Positions 63,101 to 64,000 of a stretch of DNA of 64,000 bases are shown one piece after another. Source of the DNA: Octopus sinensis (taxonomy: Eukaryota); assembly GCF_006345805.1 (NCBI RefSeq), contig NC_043024.1:8432001-8496000 (forward strand), read 5' to 3'. Position 1 is the stretch's first letter. Every line of letters begins with the position of its first letter. A model generated the notes under the pieces. The model saw only the letters and a list, made by a program, of their open reading frames with translations. It did no database searches and was not told where the DNA came from. The position numbers were made by a program, and so were the translations under genes.

Positions 63101-64000
63101 ATATATCAGTGCTTTTCAAACTTTTTGCTGGAGCGGAACCCCAAGGAAACATTCCACTGGCTCGAGGAACCCCTGTGCAATAATTTAATAGTCTTATGCA
63201 CACATATCTGCACAGGAGAATTAAAAATTACTGCCGATTTTAGCAGTTTTGTAACTTCTTGCGGAACCCCTGGACTGTACTGGCGGAACCCTGGTTGAAA
63301 ACCACTAATATATATATATATCAGTGCTTTTCAAACTTTTTGCTGGAGCGGAACCCCAAGGAAACATTCCACTGGCTCGAGGAACCCCTGTGCAATAATT
63401 TAATAGTCTTATGCACACATATCTGCACAGGAGAATTAAAAATTACTGCCGATTTTAGCAGTTTTGTAACTTCTTGCGGAACCCCTGGACTGTACTGGCG
63501 GAACCCTGGTTGAAAACCACTAATATATATATATATCAGTGCTTTTCAAACTTTTTGCTGGAGCGGAACCCCAAGGAAACATTCCACTGGCTCGAGGAAC
63601 CCCTGTGCAATAATTTAATAGTCTTATGCACACATATCTGCACAGGAGAATTAAAAATTACTGCCGATTTTAGCAGTTTTGTAACTTCTTGCGGAACCCC
63701 TGGACTGTACTGGCGGAACCCTGGTTGAAAACCACTAATATATATATATATCAGTGCTTTTCAAACTTTTTGCTGGAGCGGAACCCCAAGGAAACATTCC
63801 ACTGGCTCGAGGAACCCCTGTGCAATAATTTAATAGTCTTATGCACACATATCTGCACAGGAGAATTAAAAATTACTGCCGATTTTAGCAGTTTTGTAAC
63901 TTCTTGCGGAACCCCTGGACTGTACTAGCGGAACCCTGGTTGAAAACCACTAATATATATATATATCAGTGCTTTTCAAACTTTTTGCTGGAGCGGAACC
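60103..64000. repeat. Tandem array of about 18 hAT-MITE units, period about 215 bp, with (TA)n spacers; runs off the window end
   Basis: Near-identical units; the ORF track repeats at 63044, 63259, 63474 and 63689. Right TIR ends CCACTA in the units. Confidence 0.95.

Noticed and set aside
60064-63928. Repeated 84-aa ORF
   Set aside because: Read-through of the 215-bp MITE unit; it is not a coding repeat.
46415-64000. PICALM constitutive exon 4 (GYDMSTFIRRY-like)
   Set aside because: No match seen by eye; probably downstream of the window.

Overview
Eukaryotic, AT-rich, repeat-saturated DNA. The SINE, LINE, microsatellite and 5S sequences point to a coleoid cephalopod, most likely Octopus (inferred by recognition, not searched). 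The only host gene I can support is a + strand PICALM/AP180 (ANTH-domain clathrin adaptor) orthologue. Two exons match human exons 2 and 3 in size and phase (17592-17734, 143 nt; 46339-46414, 76 nt) and are separated by a 28.6-kb intron. Exon 1 and the next constitutive exon were not found in the window. Three frame-preserving cassette or micro-exon candidates lie in the introns (47950-48003, 58012-58020, weaker 24160-24189). The rest is mobile DNA: at least three tRNA-derived SINE families, 3' fragments of RTE, CR1 and Tx1/L1 LINEs, a deleted piggyBac with its MITEs, Merlin-like and hAT MITEs, a Helitron, a tRNA-Gly and a 5S pseudogene, two young tandem arrays built from a SINE head (141 bp) and a hAT MITE (215 bp), and long fold-back palindromes in (TA)n tracts. 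The most striking unexplained signal is a set of short non-coding elements carrying Penelope/retrozyme-type minimal hammerhead ribozyme motifs. One family has the C3-G8 core pair swapped to G3-C8 in two intact copies. Almost all ORFs in the supplied track are microsatellite or repeat artefacts. SINE and LINE boundaries are approximate (tens of bp) unless TSDs or TIRs are cited.
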